A DNA stretch of 64,000 nucleotides from Malacoraja senta (taxonomy: Eukaryota). Both the position numbers and the translations under genes were made by a program. This document shows positions 12,890-25,090 of this stretch, in pieces. The stretch is taken from contig CM075995.1 in NCBI GenBank assembly GCA_038087875.1, positions 7,318,001 through 7,382,000 on the forward strand, given 5' to 3'. The notes beneath the pieces were generated by a model. The model did no database searches, was not told the DNA's origin, and worked only from the letters and a program-made list of their open reading frames with translations. The first letter of the stretch is position 1. The number at the start of each line of letters is the position of its first letter.

Positions 12890-13420
12890 AGCGGGTGGCA
12901 TGGTTGTGCAGCAGTAGAGTTGCTGCCTTACAGCGCCAGGGACCCGGCTCCGATCCTGACACACTGGTGCTGTCTGTACGGAGTTTGTACGTTCTCCTTG
13001 TGACCGCGTGGGTTTTCTCCGGGTGCCTCCCATCTTCCAAAGATGCGCAGGTTTGTAGGTTAAATGTGTAGGAAGGAACTGCAGATGCTGGTTTATACCG
13101 AAGTTGGTTACAAAATGCTGGAGTAACTCCGTGGGTCAGCCGGCATTCCTGGAGAGAAAGAATAGGCGACGTTACAAGTTGGAACCCTTCTTCAGGGAGG
13201 GTCTGAAGAAGGTCTCCGACCGGAAACATCACCTGTTCCTTCTCTCCATAGATGCTGCCTGACCCACCGAGTTACTCCAGCATTTTGTGTCCATCTCAGG
13301 TTTGTAGGTTAATTGTAAATTGTCTCTCGTGTGTACTAGTGATCGCTGGTCGGTGCGGACTCGGTGGGCCAAAGGGCTTGTTTCCACGCTGTATCGCTAA
13401 CCTTAACTAAACAAAACTAA
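12890..13420 (+). mobile_element. HE1-like V-SINE interrupted by a palindromic Penelope-derived insertion (13064-13296)
   Basis: 16-bp direct repeat CAGGTTTGTAGGTTAA at 13048-13063 and 13297-13312 flanks the insert. Confidence 0.85.
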
Positions 13421-14195
13421 ACTCCAGCTTTTTATGTCTACCTTCGGAATAACCTAAACTTTTTTATCTGCTCCTTGTTCCCAGGCATTTGTCTTTCGTG
13501 TTTAAGACACACATTGGAGGTCTGCGATCTAATGGACACACCTGAGATTGCTGTCTTCTGATGGATATTAAAAGAAGACCTGCATTTTATATGGTATGTC
13601 ATCTTTATTTCCGCTGCCGTGTACGGAATGGCAGCGTTTTGCTGATTGACCAAGGGCGGCACGGTGGCACAGCGGTAGAGCTACTGCCTGGCAGCGCCAG
13701 AGAACCGGGTTCGATCCTGACTACGGTTGCTTGTCTGTACGCAGTTTGTGCATTCTCCGCTTGACCTGCCTGGGTTTTCTCCGAGATCTTCGGTCTCCTC
13801 CAAAGACGTACAGGTTTGTCGGTTAATTGGCTTGGTATGCCCAGGACTGGAGCACAAGAGGCTGAAGGGTGATCTTATAGAGGTGTATATAGAGAAAATA
13901 CACCTCTATATACCCGTGGTCAGGTTGGAACTTGGGTCTGGTGCTGTCAGGCAGCAACTCTACCACTGCGTTGGGTTAGGCTGTAAGCTGCCCAACAGAA
14001 TATAATGTGTTGTTCCTATGGTGCGTATGGCCTCGCTCTGGTAGTGGAGGAGGCACACGACGGAGAGGGGTATGGGAGGTTGAGAAATTGTTCGTGGTAA
14101 GGTCCGTTATATGTAATAACAATGTCTCCCTATATAATCAAATTCTAATATTTGTTGGGTTTTGGAAAAGTCATGGAAGTGCATTCTACTGACTA

Positions 14196-14871
14196 ATGTG
14201 GTCAGCAGGCAGTGAAGAAAGCGAATGGCCTTTATAACAAGATGAATCGAATATAGGAGCAAAGAGGTCCTTCTGCAGTTGTACAGAGCCCCTAGTGAGA
14301 CCACATCTGGAGTATTGTGTGCAGTTTTGGTCCCCTAATTTGAGGAAGGACAGTCTTGCTATTGAGGGAGTGCAGCGTAGGTTTACAAGGTTAATTCCCG
14401 GGATGGCGGGACTGTCGTATGCTGAGAGAATGGACCAGCTGGGCTTGTACACTCTGGAGTTTAGAAGGATGAGAGGGTATCTCATTGAAACATATGAGAT
14501 TGTTAAGGGTTTGGACACGCTAGAGGCAGGAAACATGTTCCCGATGTTGGGGGAGTCCAGAACCAGGGGCCACAGTTTGAGAATAAGGAGTAAGCCATTT
14601 AGAATGGAGATGAGGAAACACTTTTTCTCACAGAGAGTGGTGAGTCTGTGGAATTCTCTACCTCAGAGGGCAGTGGGGGCAGGTTCTCTGGATGCTTTCA
14701 AGAGAGAGTTAGATAGGGCTCTTAAAAATAGCGGTCAGGGGATACGGAGAGAAGGCAGGAACGGGGTACTGATTGGGGATGATCAGCCATGATCACATTG
14801 AATGGCGGTGCTGACTCGAAGGGCCAAATGGCCTGCTCCTGCACCTATTATCTATTGTCTATTGTCTATTG
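14196..14871 (+). mobile_element. CR1 LINE 3' fragment
   Basis: ORF 14295-14792, nearly identical to the 11902 copy. Confidence 0.92.
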
Positions 14872-15279
14872 ATATGAATTTTCTGAATCTAGATTTCCAT
14901 TTCTTGTTTATAGTATATTCCTAGCATTATGTTTTATTCTGCAATATTTTAATTGGTCCTAAGAAGAGATATCTCATTAATTACAAACAAGGAAAAAAAA
15001 ATCTTCTTTCAACAAGACCTTAGACTTCAGAGATACAGCACGGAAACAGGTCCTTTGGCCCACCATGTCCGCGCCATAGCGATCACCCCATACACTAGCA
15101 CTATCCCACACACTAGAGACACTTCACAATTTTACCAAAGCCAATTTACCTACAAACCTGTACGTCCTTGGATTGTGGAAGGAAACAGGAGCAAACCCAC
15201 GCAGGTCACAGGGAGAACGTACAAACTCCATACGACAGCATCCGCAGTCAGGATTGAAACTAAGTTTCTGGCACTGTTA

Positions 15280-15658
15280 TGGGCTTGTCCCACTTTGGCG
15301 ATTTTTTTTTTTAGGCGACTACAGGCGACTAGACTGTCGCCGGGGTGTCGCCTGTATGGTCATGAGTAGTCTACTCAGTCGCCCTAAGCATCGTAGCATC
15401 ATTCTGGTCACCGCTGGATTCTGAACATGTTGAAACTTTTTCGGCGACATTGGCGGCCGTGGGTTTGACGCCAATGAGCGTAGCTTGGCGTAGGTGCTGT
15501 CGCCAGTTGACGTAGGTTGTCGCCGATGCTGACTTCGGTGAATTCCATTGTCGTATTCGCTGGCAGTCGCCTAAAATATCGCCTGACGTCGCCGTTTTTT
15601 CGGCGACCTGCTACGACTACGACGGTCGCCGATAAATCGCCTAAGTGGGACGGGCACA
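15280..15658. mobile_element. PIF/Harbinger-like MITE, family B
   Basis: TTA/TAA flanks. TGGGCTTGTCCCACTTTGGCGATTT ... AAATCGCCTAAGTGGGACGGGCACA. CpG-rich. Related to 20548. Confidence 0.8.
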
Positions 15659-16168
15659 TAAGGCAGAAAGACTTTGTTTATTCAGTTGTTGGAAACAATT
15701 AAGTCCCAAGTTGGAGACGGACCTAATCATTTGGGGTTGCAGACAGTTCAGGGATGTGATGAAGTTGCAGCAAGCAGTTGTTGTGTTTTGAACCCTCCAG
15801 GGAATGAATGATTTAATGGAAAGATGTCATAGTCATACAGCGTGGAAATAGGCCCTTCGGCTCAACTTGCCCATACTGACCAACATGCCCCATCTACATC
15901 AGTCCCACCTACCTGCATGTCATTTTATACCTCATCACAGTTGCCCCTAAGCTCGGTGTACATTAAAAAAAAAAATCAGATTTTGTTGACTTTCCTGGAA
16001 TTGTCGTCTGTGTGAATATCTCATCTAAGAGATAGTTTAATTAATAGGCCAAATAACCTAGATGTAGATAGATACAAGGGAAGTGAAACTGTGGAATTCA
16101 TTGCCACAGACTTCAGTGGAGGCCAAGTCTTTGTGAATATTTAAAGCGGAGATTGATAGGTTCTTGAA

Positions 16169-16416
16169 AGGGCCTGTCCCGTTGGAGACGGAGCTAATCA
16201 TTTGGGGTTGCAGACAGTTCAGGGATGTGATGAAGTTGCAGCAAGCAGTTGGGCGTCATTTGCGCGTCACTCAGATGGCGCGCGAGGATTTTTGAGAATC
16301 TCAAAATCCTGGGGCACTGCGCTACTGCCTACGCCACCACGCCTCACCACGCGCCATGCGTGTGTCGTGACGCGTAAATGATGTCGCGTAAATAACGCCC
16401 AAGTGGGACAGGCCCT
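16169..16416. mobile_element. PIF/Harbinger-like MITE, family C, with 71-bp captured insert
   Basis: AGGGCCTGTCCC...AAGTGGGACAGGCCCT followed by TAA. Interrupts a CR1 3' fragment. Confidence 0.8.
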
Positions 16417-17086
16417 TAAGGGCGGCAAAGGTTAGGGGGCGATGGCAGGTGAATGGTGTCGAGAGGGAAAGACAGATCAGCAATGATCGAATTGCGGGTC
16501 GACAAAAATGCTGGAGAAACTCAGCGGGTGAGGCAGCATCTATGGAGCGAAGGAATAGGCGACGCTTCGGGTCTCAAAGATGCTGCCTCACCCGCTGAGT
16601 TTCTCCAGCATTTTTGTCTACCTTCGATTTCTCCAGCATCTGTAGTTCTTTCTTAAACAATGATCAAATTGCGGAGCACTTGATGGTCCAAATGGCCCAA
16701 ACCTGCTCCTATATCTTACGATCTTATGACCTGCAGACGCTGGTTGAAAAAGGATAGCGGTGGAGTAACTCAGCAGATAAGGCAGCATCTCTGGAGAACG
16801 GACCAAAACGTCACCTGTCCGTGTTCTCCAGAGAACGTGGCTATCAATGAAACTATCTCACACATGAGAATTCCAGGCGAGTCAACAAAATCTGATTCTC
16901 CAGAGATGCTGCCTGACCCGCTGAGTTACTCCAAGTCAAGTCAACTTTATTTGTCACAAGATGTGCAGTGAAATGAAAGTGGCAATTGGCCTGCGGATTG
17001 TGCAAAAACTACAGAACAGAATCAGTATTTACATGTTAGAATTTAAAAAAAAACATAACACAACAGTAAATTAGTACAGTAACTTA

Positions 17087-17405
17087 AGGCCCTGTCCCAC
17101 TTTCCCGAGTTACTTACGAACTCTCCCGAGTTTTCCCCTTGATTCGAACTCGGAGAATTACGGTAATAGCCGTTCGTAGGTACTCAGGGCTATTTTTTTA
17201 ACTCGTGGACATTTTTCAACATGTTGAAAAAACGTCCCGACTTACTTGATGCCCCGAGTTCCTACAGCTGGCATTACGAACTGCTACGAAACATCTACGG
17301 ACTCCTACGGCCTCCTACGTGCTCGCTACCGACATTCCCCGAGTTCGAATCAAGGGGAGAACTCGGGAGAGTTCGTGAGTAACTCGGGAAAGTGGGACAG
17401 GGGCT
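17087..17405. mobile_element. PIF/Harbinger-like MITE, family D
   Basis: TTA TSD (17084-17086, 17406-17408). Near-perfect TIR of ~65 bp. Confidence 0.88.
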
Positions 17406-17409
17406 TTAG

Positions 17410-17630
17410 TCCCTGGTGAGATCAGAGTTTACATGTCCTGATGGCCTGTGGGAAGAAACTCCGTCTCATCCTCTCTGTTTTCGCAGCGTGACAGCGGAGG
17501 CGCTTGCCCGACCGTAACAGCTGGAACAGTCCGTTGCTGGGGTGGTAGGGGTCCCCCATAATGTTGTTGGCTCTGGATCTGCACCTCCTGGTGTATGGGT
17601 CCTGCATGGGGAGCACTTTGTCACTTTTTT
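17410..17630 (-). mobile_element. Rex1/Babar LINE 3' fragment (continues to ~16935 left of the MITE)
   Basis: IMGDPYHPSNGLFQLLRSGKRLR...RRSFFPQAIR, typical Rex1 C-terminus. Confidence 0.8.
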
Positions 17631-18094
17631 CAGTCAAACCACTTGCTACATACGTCCTTGTCTAGAATGTCTACATGTGTGGAATATTAGTTGTTGGCAT
17701 GTTGATGATTTTACAATGTTGCTGCAAGGAAATGGTGAAATAATTCCTATCTGTTTGATCTGAGTGGAAGAAATTGCTGGTACGAGAAATATGACTGACT
17801 GCATAGTAAAATGGGACTAATTATTCTCCATTGTGGATCTTTCATTGTTCACCCTGATGCATTAGTCATAGCTGTTCCATATGACTGTAGCAAACCACTT
17901 CAATAAGCACTGTTATTAAGGGTCGACGGGATGAGGACACGTATTTGTAGCTATTTGAGCAACATGATGGATTCATGTGGGCAGCCCCTGCCGTTTAGTT
18001 TGGTTTTATAGTCACATGTATATGCTGAGAGAATTTTAAAAAGTAAAGTATCCTTTATTGTCATTCAAACTTTTGGTTTGAACAAAATTATGAA

Positions 18095-18532
18095 ATGGAG
18101 CGGCTGGGCTTGTACACTCTGGAATTTAGAAGGATGAGAGGGAATCTCATTGAAACATATCAGATTATAAAGGGTTTGGACACGCTAGAGGCAGGAAACA
18201 TGTTCCCGATGTTGGGGGAATCCAGAACCAGGGGCCACAGTTTAAGAATAAGGGGTAAGCCATTTAGAAAGGAGATGAGAAAACACTTTTTCCACACAGA
18301 GAGTTGTGAGTCTGTGGAATTCTCTGCCTCAGAGGACGGTGGAGGCCGGTTCTCTGGATACTTTCAAGAGAGAGCTAGATAGGGCTCTTAAAAATAGCGG
18401 AGTCAGGGGATATGGGGAGAAGGCAGGAACGGGGTACTGATTAGGGATGATCAGCCATGATCACATTGAATGGCGGTGCTGGCTCGAAGGGCCGAATGGC
18501 CTACTCCTGCACCTATTTTCTATGTTTCTATA
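18095..18532 (+). mobile_element. CR1 LINE 3' fragment
   Basis: MERLGLYTLEFRRMRGNLIETY... Confidence 0.9.
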
Positions 18533-19093
18533 TGAATGTGGAGACCAAGTCAATGGATATTTTTCTGATTAGTGATTAGTCCGGGTGTCAGGGGTTATGG
18601 GGAGAAGGCAGGAGAATGGGGTTCGGAGGGACAGATAGATCAGCCATGATTGAATGGCGGAGTAGACGTGATGGGCCGAATGGCCTAATTCTGCTCCAAT
18701 TAACTTATCCAGAAGGAATAAGCTTATTAACTTATCCAGAAGGAATCCAATGCAGTCTTTCGTCAACATGCGTTACCTAGAACAGGATATTTCCTCGTCG
18801 CCTTTCATGAAATCGTCATGACTTTCCATGATGTTTGTCAAAAAGTCAGAATAATTGAGACCTGCAACTCGCGAAAAATAATTGTGTAGCGTCTATTATT
18901 AATTCACATTTATCAATTATGCCACTTTCTACCTCTTCTGGCAATATTAGTTGCTGGAGTTACTTAGATGTCACTCTCTAAGATTGCAGTCTGAAGAAGG
19001 ATCTCAATCTTGTGTAGGATAGAACTGCAGAAACTGGTTTACATTGAAGGTAGACACAAAATGCTGGAGAAAGATCCCGAGCCAAAACATTAA

Positions 19094-19411
19094 TAGCCCT
19101 GTCCCACGGTACGAGTTCATTCTAGGAGCTCTCCCGAGTTTAAAAAAAATCAAACTCGTGGTAAGCATGGAGAATGAACGTAGCGGGAACGCCGGAGCTC
19201 GGGGACGTCTCTTACCGGCTCGTACCGCTAACGGCAGGTACTCGGGAAGACTCGCTAACGGCAGGTAAGCATGGGAAGACTCGTGAAGATGTTTCAACAT
19301 GTTGAAAAATGTCCACGAGAGCCCCGAGTACCATTACCGTAAATCTCCGAGTTCGAATCGGGGGAAACTCGGGAGAACTCTTGAAATAGCTCGTACAGTG
19401 GGACAGCCCCT
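19094..19411. mobile_element. PIF/Harbinger-like MITE, family A
   Basis: TAA/TTA flanks. Same TIR and interior as 6258, opposite orientation. Confidence 0.85.
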
Positions 19412-20547
19412 TTACTCAACGGTTCAGGCAGCATCTCTGGAGAAAAGGAACAGGTGACGTTTCGGGTCGGAACCCTTTCTTTGCCAGGTTAGCACGCAAA
19501 CAAAAGCTTTTCACTCTGACTCGGTACACGTGACAATAATAAACTGAAGAAGGGTCTCGACCCGAAACATCACCCATTCCTTCTCTCTAGAGATGCTGCC
19601 TGCTCCGCTGAGTCACTCCAGCTTTTTGTGTCTATCAACAACAATAAACTTAATTAAACTAAACTGATGGTAGGAATGGTCAGACTTGGCATTGAATGTG
19701 CAACTCTGTCCTGCCCAGTTTAATAAAGGGCTCTCATGCCGTAGAAAATCACAATTGGAAAAATTAATTACAAATATAAGTAAATCACAAAAATTAAATT
19801 AGGCAGCAGCGAAACAAAGTTGTAGTTAAACATCCAGATATTTAAAGTATGAAAAGGCAGGGATAAAATTGACTCAAAACAGGACATTCATGGCCTTTGA
19901 TTAAAAGGACGACCCTTTAGAAAGAAGGCGAGGAGGAATTTCTTTAGTCAGGGGGTGGTGAATCTGTGGAATTCATTGCCACAGACGGCAGTGGGTATTT
20001 TTAAGGCGGAGATTGACAGTTGCTTGATTAGTACGGGTGCCAGGGGTTATGGGGAGAAGGCAGGAAAATAGAGTGGGGGAGGGAGAGATAGATCAGCCAT
20101 GATTGAAGAATGATGGAGTAGACGTGATGGGCCGAATGGCCTAATCCTGCTGCTGTCACTAATGATCTTATGAACCTATGAAGGGTTCCAACCCGAAGCG
20201 TCACCGCTTCATAACCAGCAGAATTAGGCCGTTCGGCCCATCGAGTCTACGACAACACGCTTCTAGTTTCACAGCTGGTATCAGGAAGTAAATGTGTTTA
20301 CAGGGAAATGAGTGCTCTACTTAACTTTTAATGAATGAATGATTTCAGAACTCTTACATTCTCTGGTGTTCACAGCCCTTTCACTTCCAGCATTGTGAAC
20401 CAATTGCAAATACATTGAATTGCCGCATCATTTCTTTCTACAATACAAAATCTTTCCTTATTCCTGACTAAAATGCGTTTGTGTTTTAACTCTTCTTTCA
20501 CTTTCATGAGCTTACATTATCTATTTTCGTGAATATTTTAACCATAA

Positions 20548-20828
20548 TGGGCCTGTCCCACTGAGGTGATTTTTTTGGGCGACCACAGGCGACTGCCGCA
20601 AAATTTTCACATGTTGAAAAATTTTCGGCGACATTGGCGACAATTTTTGCTGTCGTAGGTTGACACACGCTGTCGTAGGTGAATTCCATCAGCCACGATC
20701 ACATTGAATGGCGGTGCTGGCTCGAAGGGCCGAATGGCCTACTCCTGCACCTATTGTCTATTGTCTATTGTCCATTAATATGAGTCCCTGGCAGTCGTCT
20801 AATGAGTCGCCTAAGTGGGACAGGCCCA
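20548..20828. mobile_element. PIF/Harbinger-like MITE, family B, with nested CR1 tail
   Basis: TGGGCCTGTCCCAC...GTGGGACAGGCCCA with TAA/TTA flanks. CR1 3' end at ~20687-20772. Confidence 0.8.
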
Positions 20829-21744
20829 TTAATCTCTTTCCAGCTCCCACCACATCTTTCATTCATTGTGACAAAATATTACTGACCTAATTTTATTATG
20901 TACATTCTTTAAATTTTCTCAGCTTATCTACACTACTCTGCCTTTTCATGTACCATTTGTGCCTCTCGGGGATGTATTTATTTGGACACATAACACAATT
21001 TTGTTTTGGTTACATTCGTGTGAAGTGCCTGAGGACATTTTGACTATGTCAAGGAGATTCCGCTTGTTGTTAGTTTAACTTGTGTTTGAAACTTCTCTGT
21101 TGATCCATTCCCTTAACAATTACTCATTTCTATTTTCTGTCCTTTAACCAATTTTGTATCTATATTACATTATCCCTGCAACAACTTTTAATTTCATGGG
21201 ATTAATGTATCTATATATAATGTAATGCTAAGTTAATCACCTTTCAAAGTCGATAGAGAATGAGTTGAGAGTAAAATGACCTTTGCTACCAGAAACAAGT
21301 TCGTCTACCGAGTCAAACCCACTGCGTTAATCATCAGGTCATAAGGAATAGGCCATTCGGCCCATCAATCTACGCCATTCAGTCATGGCTGATCTCTCTC
21401 CCTCCTAACCCCATTCTCTTGCCTTCTCCCCATAACCTCTGACACCAGTACAACTCAAGAATCTAAGTATCTCTGCCTTAAAAAAATATCCACTGACTTG
21501 GCCTCCACAGCCTTCTGTGGCAAAGAATTCAACAGATTCATCACCCTCTGACTAAAGAAAATTTCTCCCTCATCTCCTTCCTAAAAGAACGTCCTTTAAT
21601 TCTGAGGCTATGACCTCTAGTTCTAGACTCTCCCACTAGTGGAAACATCCTCTCCACATCCACTCTATCCAAGCCTTTCACTATTCTGTACGTTTCAATG
21701 AGGTCCCCTCAGCACTCCAGCACTAGTATCGAAGTTGAGAGGTT

Positions 21745-22272
21745 GAGTATAGATGTTAGGAAGTCATGTTACAGTTATATAAGACGTTGGTGAGACCACA
21801 TTCAGACTATTGTGTTTCAGTTTTAGTCACCATGTTATAGGAAAGATGTTGTCCAGCTTGAAAGGGTTCTGAGAAGATGTACCAATACTCGAGGGTGTGA
21901 GCTATAGGGAGAGGTTGAGTAGGCTGGGACTCTATTCCTTGGAGCGCAGGAGGATGAGGGGTGATCTTATAGAGATGTACAAAATCATGAGAGGAATAGA
22001 TCGGAAAAATGCACTGTGTTTTGCCCAAGTAGGGGAATCGAGAACCAGGGGACATAGGTTTAAGGTGAGGGAGGAATGATTTAATGGGAACCGGAGGGTT
22101 AATATTTTGACACAAAGGATGTGGGTGTATGGAACGAGCTGCCAGAGGAGGAAGTTGAGGCAGGGACTATTGCATTGTTTAAGTAACATTTTAGACAGGT
22201 ACATGGATAGTTTAGGTTTAGCGGCATCTGGGCCAAATGCAGACAGGTATAGACTTGTGTTTATGGGGCATG
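21745..22272 (+). mobile_element. CR1 LINE 3' fragment, decayed
   Basis: SYRERLSRLGLYSLERRRMRGDLIEMYK. Confidence 0.85.
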
Positions 22273-22273
22273 T

Positions 22274-22668
22274 GGAGCTCCCGACATCTACGGTCTCTAC
22301 CCGAGACCGCGAGCTCCTCGATGGTGAAATCCGCAGGCTGCGGTTGGAGTGTCGATCCCCGGCAAGGGGTCGCAGGCTCCCATGGTAAGTCCACGTCCCC
22401 GCGGTGGGGCTCAAAGTCAGTCCCGAGCAAGGCCTCCAGCTCCACGATGTTAGGCCGTAGACCGACCGGAGATACGACCCGGAAAACAGTCGCATCTCCA
22501 GCAGGGTAAGAGATTGAAAAAAGTTTCCCCCCAACCCACTACCCCTCCCCCCACATAAAACAAACCAGAGAACACTAACAGAAACTTTTAAAACATGCTA
22601 AACATAACAAAAAAAAGACCAAAACACAGACAGGCTGTTGGTGAGGCAGCCATCGTCAGCGCCCCCTG
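22274..22668 (-). mobile_element. GC-rich unclassified interspersed repeat (5' part)
   Basis: Reverse complement aligns by eye to 52177-52540. Confidence 0.7.
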
Positions 22669-23364
22669 AAGATACATTACTGTCATTTGTACCCAGCTGG
22701 GCGCAATGAAATTCTTTGTTTTTGCATAAAAAGTACAGAAAAGAGTCATCACAAAGGGGCTGATTAAGTTCCAAAAAGTACTCATTCCTTCCTCAACTCC
22801 CCCACTGGGTTCTCGGCGCACCCCCCACCCTGCCCCCAGGCTGGGTTCCCCCTTAGTTCTCGTTACCCCACCACCCCCCACACGCCGGGTCCCCCTTAGT
22901 TCTCGGTATCCCCTTTATTAATCAGATGTGGCATCTACTTTGATCATTTGTGGTGTCTTAGGCTTCTATCAAAAAACTGAGAAACTGATTGAAAATGAGC
23001 GTATTTGGAAAGGAGAAATCCTGTCCTGTACAGGGAACCATGTACACGCAGAGATTTGCTCTTCTCTGGCATTGCTCATTGTAGATTAGAGAACATGCTT
23101 TTAGTTTCACAGCTACAGTGTCAGGAAGTAAATGTAGTCACAGGAAACGAGTGCTTTACTTAACGTTTAATGTATTATTTACATATATTAAATTAAATGT
23201 ATATTATATAATTTTAATATATACATTTTGTTTGTTTCATATATTATATTGACTACTGTGTTTACAGTTTAGTTCAGTTTAGTCTATTGTCACGTGTACC
23301 GAGGTACAGTGAAAAGCTTTTGTTGCGTGCTAACCAGTCAGTGGATAGACAAAACATGATTACA

Positions 23365-23960
23365 ATAAGTAAGTAAGTTTATTGGCCAAGTATTCACATA
23401 CAAGGAATTTGCCTTGGTGCTCCGCCCACAAGTAACAACATGACATACAGTGACAGTTACGAATGACTCAGAAAACACTAAATATTAATAATAATAAAAC
23501 ATTAATGATAAAACACCATTTAGAATGTACAGAAGATACATGATAAGGGAATAACGTTTAGTGCAAGGTAAAGCCAGCAAAGTCTGATCAAGGATAGTCC
23601 AAGGGTCACCAATGAGGTAGATAGCAGTTCAGGACTGCTCTCTGGTTGTGGTAGGATGATTCAGTTGCCTGATAACAGCTGGGAAGAAACAGTCCCTGAA
23701 TCTGGAGGTGTGCGTTTTCACACTTCTATACGTTTTGCCAGATGGGAGAGGGGAGAAGAGGGAGTGGCCGGGGTGCGACTCGTCCTTGATTATGCTGCTG
23801 GCCTTGCCGAGGCAGCATGAGGTGTAGATGGAGTCAATGAAAGGGAGGTTGGTTTGTGTGATGGTCTGGGCTGCGTCCACAATTCTCTGCAATGTCTTGC
23901 GGTCTTGGATGGAGCTGTTCCAAGCTGTGATGCATCCCGATAAAATGCTTTCTATGGCAC
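23365..23960 (-). mobile_element. Rex1/Babar-type LINE 3' fragments
   Basis: IESILSGCITAW...HPGHSLFSPLPSGKTYRS...RFRDCFFPAVIRQLN. Confidence 0.8.
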
Positions 23961-24052
23961 CTATTGTGCTGCTGCAAGTAAGAATTTCATTATTCTGTTT
24001 TGGTAAATATAACAATAAAACACTCTTGACTGTTATATATATCTTTGCTGGA

Positions 24053-25090
24053 ATTAGTGACTAGTGGGGTGCCGCAAGGCTCGGTGCTAGGTCCCCAGTT
24101 ATTTCCAATATATATTAACGATTTAGACGTGACATCTCCAAGTTTGCGGATGACACAAAGCTGGGTGGCAGTGTGAGCTACGAGGAGGATGCTAGGAGGC
24201 TGCAGGGTGACTTGGATAGGTTGGGTGAGTGGGCAGAAGCATCGCAGATGCAGTATAATGTGGATAAATGTGAGGTTATCCACTCTGGTGGCAAGAGCAG
24301 GAAGGCAGATTATTATCTGAATGGTGTCAGATTAGGAGAAGGGGAGGTGCAACAAGACCTGGGTGTGCTTGTACATCAGTCACTGAAAGTAAGCATGCAG
24401 GTACAGCAGGCAGTGAAGAAAGCCAATGGCATGTTGGCCTTCATTGCGAGAGGATTTGAGTTTAGAAGCAAGGAGGTCCTACTGCAGTTGAACAGGGCCC
24501 TGTTGAGACCGCATCTGGAGTATTGTGTGCAATTTTGGTGTCCTAATTTGAGGAAGGACATGCTTGCTATTGAGGGAGTGCAGCGTAGGTTCACCAGGTT
24601 AATTCCCGGGATGGTGGGACTGACATATGATGAAATAATGGGTCGACTGGGCTTGTATTCGCTGGAATTTAGCAGGATGAGAGATCTTATAGAAATTATG
24701 AAAGATCTTATAGGAACATATAAAATTCTTAAAGGATTGGACAGACTAGATGCAGGAAAAATGTTCCCGATGTTGGGGGAATCCAGAACCAGGGTTCACA
24801 GTTTAAGAATAAGGGGTAGGCCATTTAGGACTGAGTTGATGAAACATTTTTTCACCCAGAAAGTTGTGAATCTGTGGAGTTCTCTGCCACAGAAGGCAGT
24901 GGAGGCCAATTCATTGGATGTTTTCAAGAGAGAGTTAGATTTAGCTCTGAGGGCTAAAGGAATGAAGGGATATGGGGAGAAAGCAGGTACGGGGTACTGA
25001 TTTTAGATGATCAGCCATGATCATATTGAATGACGGTGCTGACTCGAAGGGCCGAATGGCCTACTCTTGAACCTATTTTTATATGTTTCT
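24053..25090 (+). mobile_element. CR1 LINE, 5'-truncated
   Basis: 275-aa ORF 24173-25000, CR1 RT C-terminus; FADDTKL motif upstream. Confidence 0.93.

Noticed and set aside
18699..18746. ~20-bp direct repeat TTAACTTATCCAGAAGGAAT
   Set aside because: Small local duplication with no further structure.
20359..20438. Minus-strand coding exon (tgtag...gtaaga)
   Set aside because: Stops in all three frames; better explained as regulatory sequence or chance.
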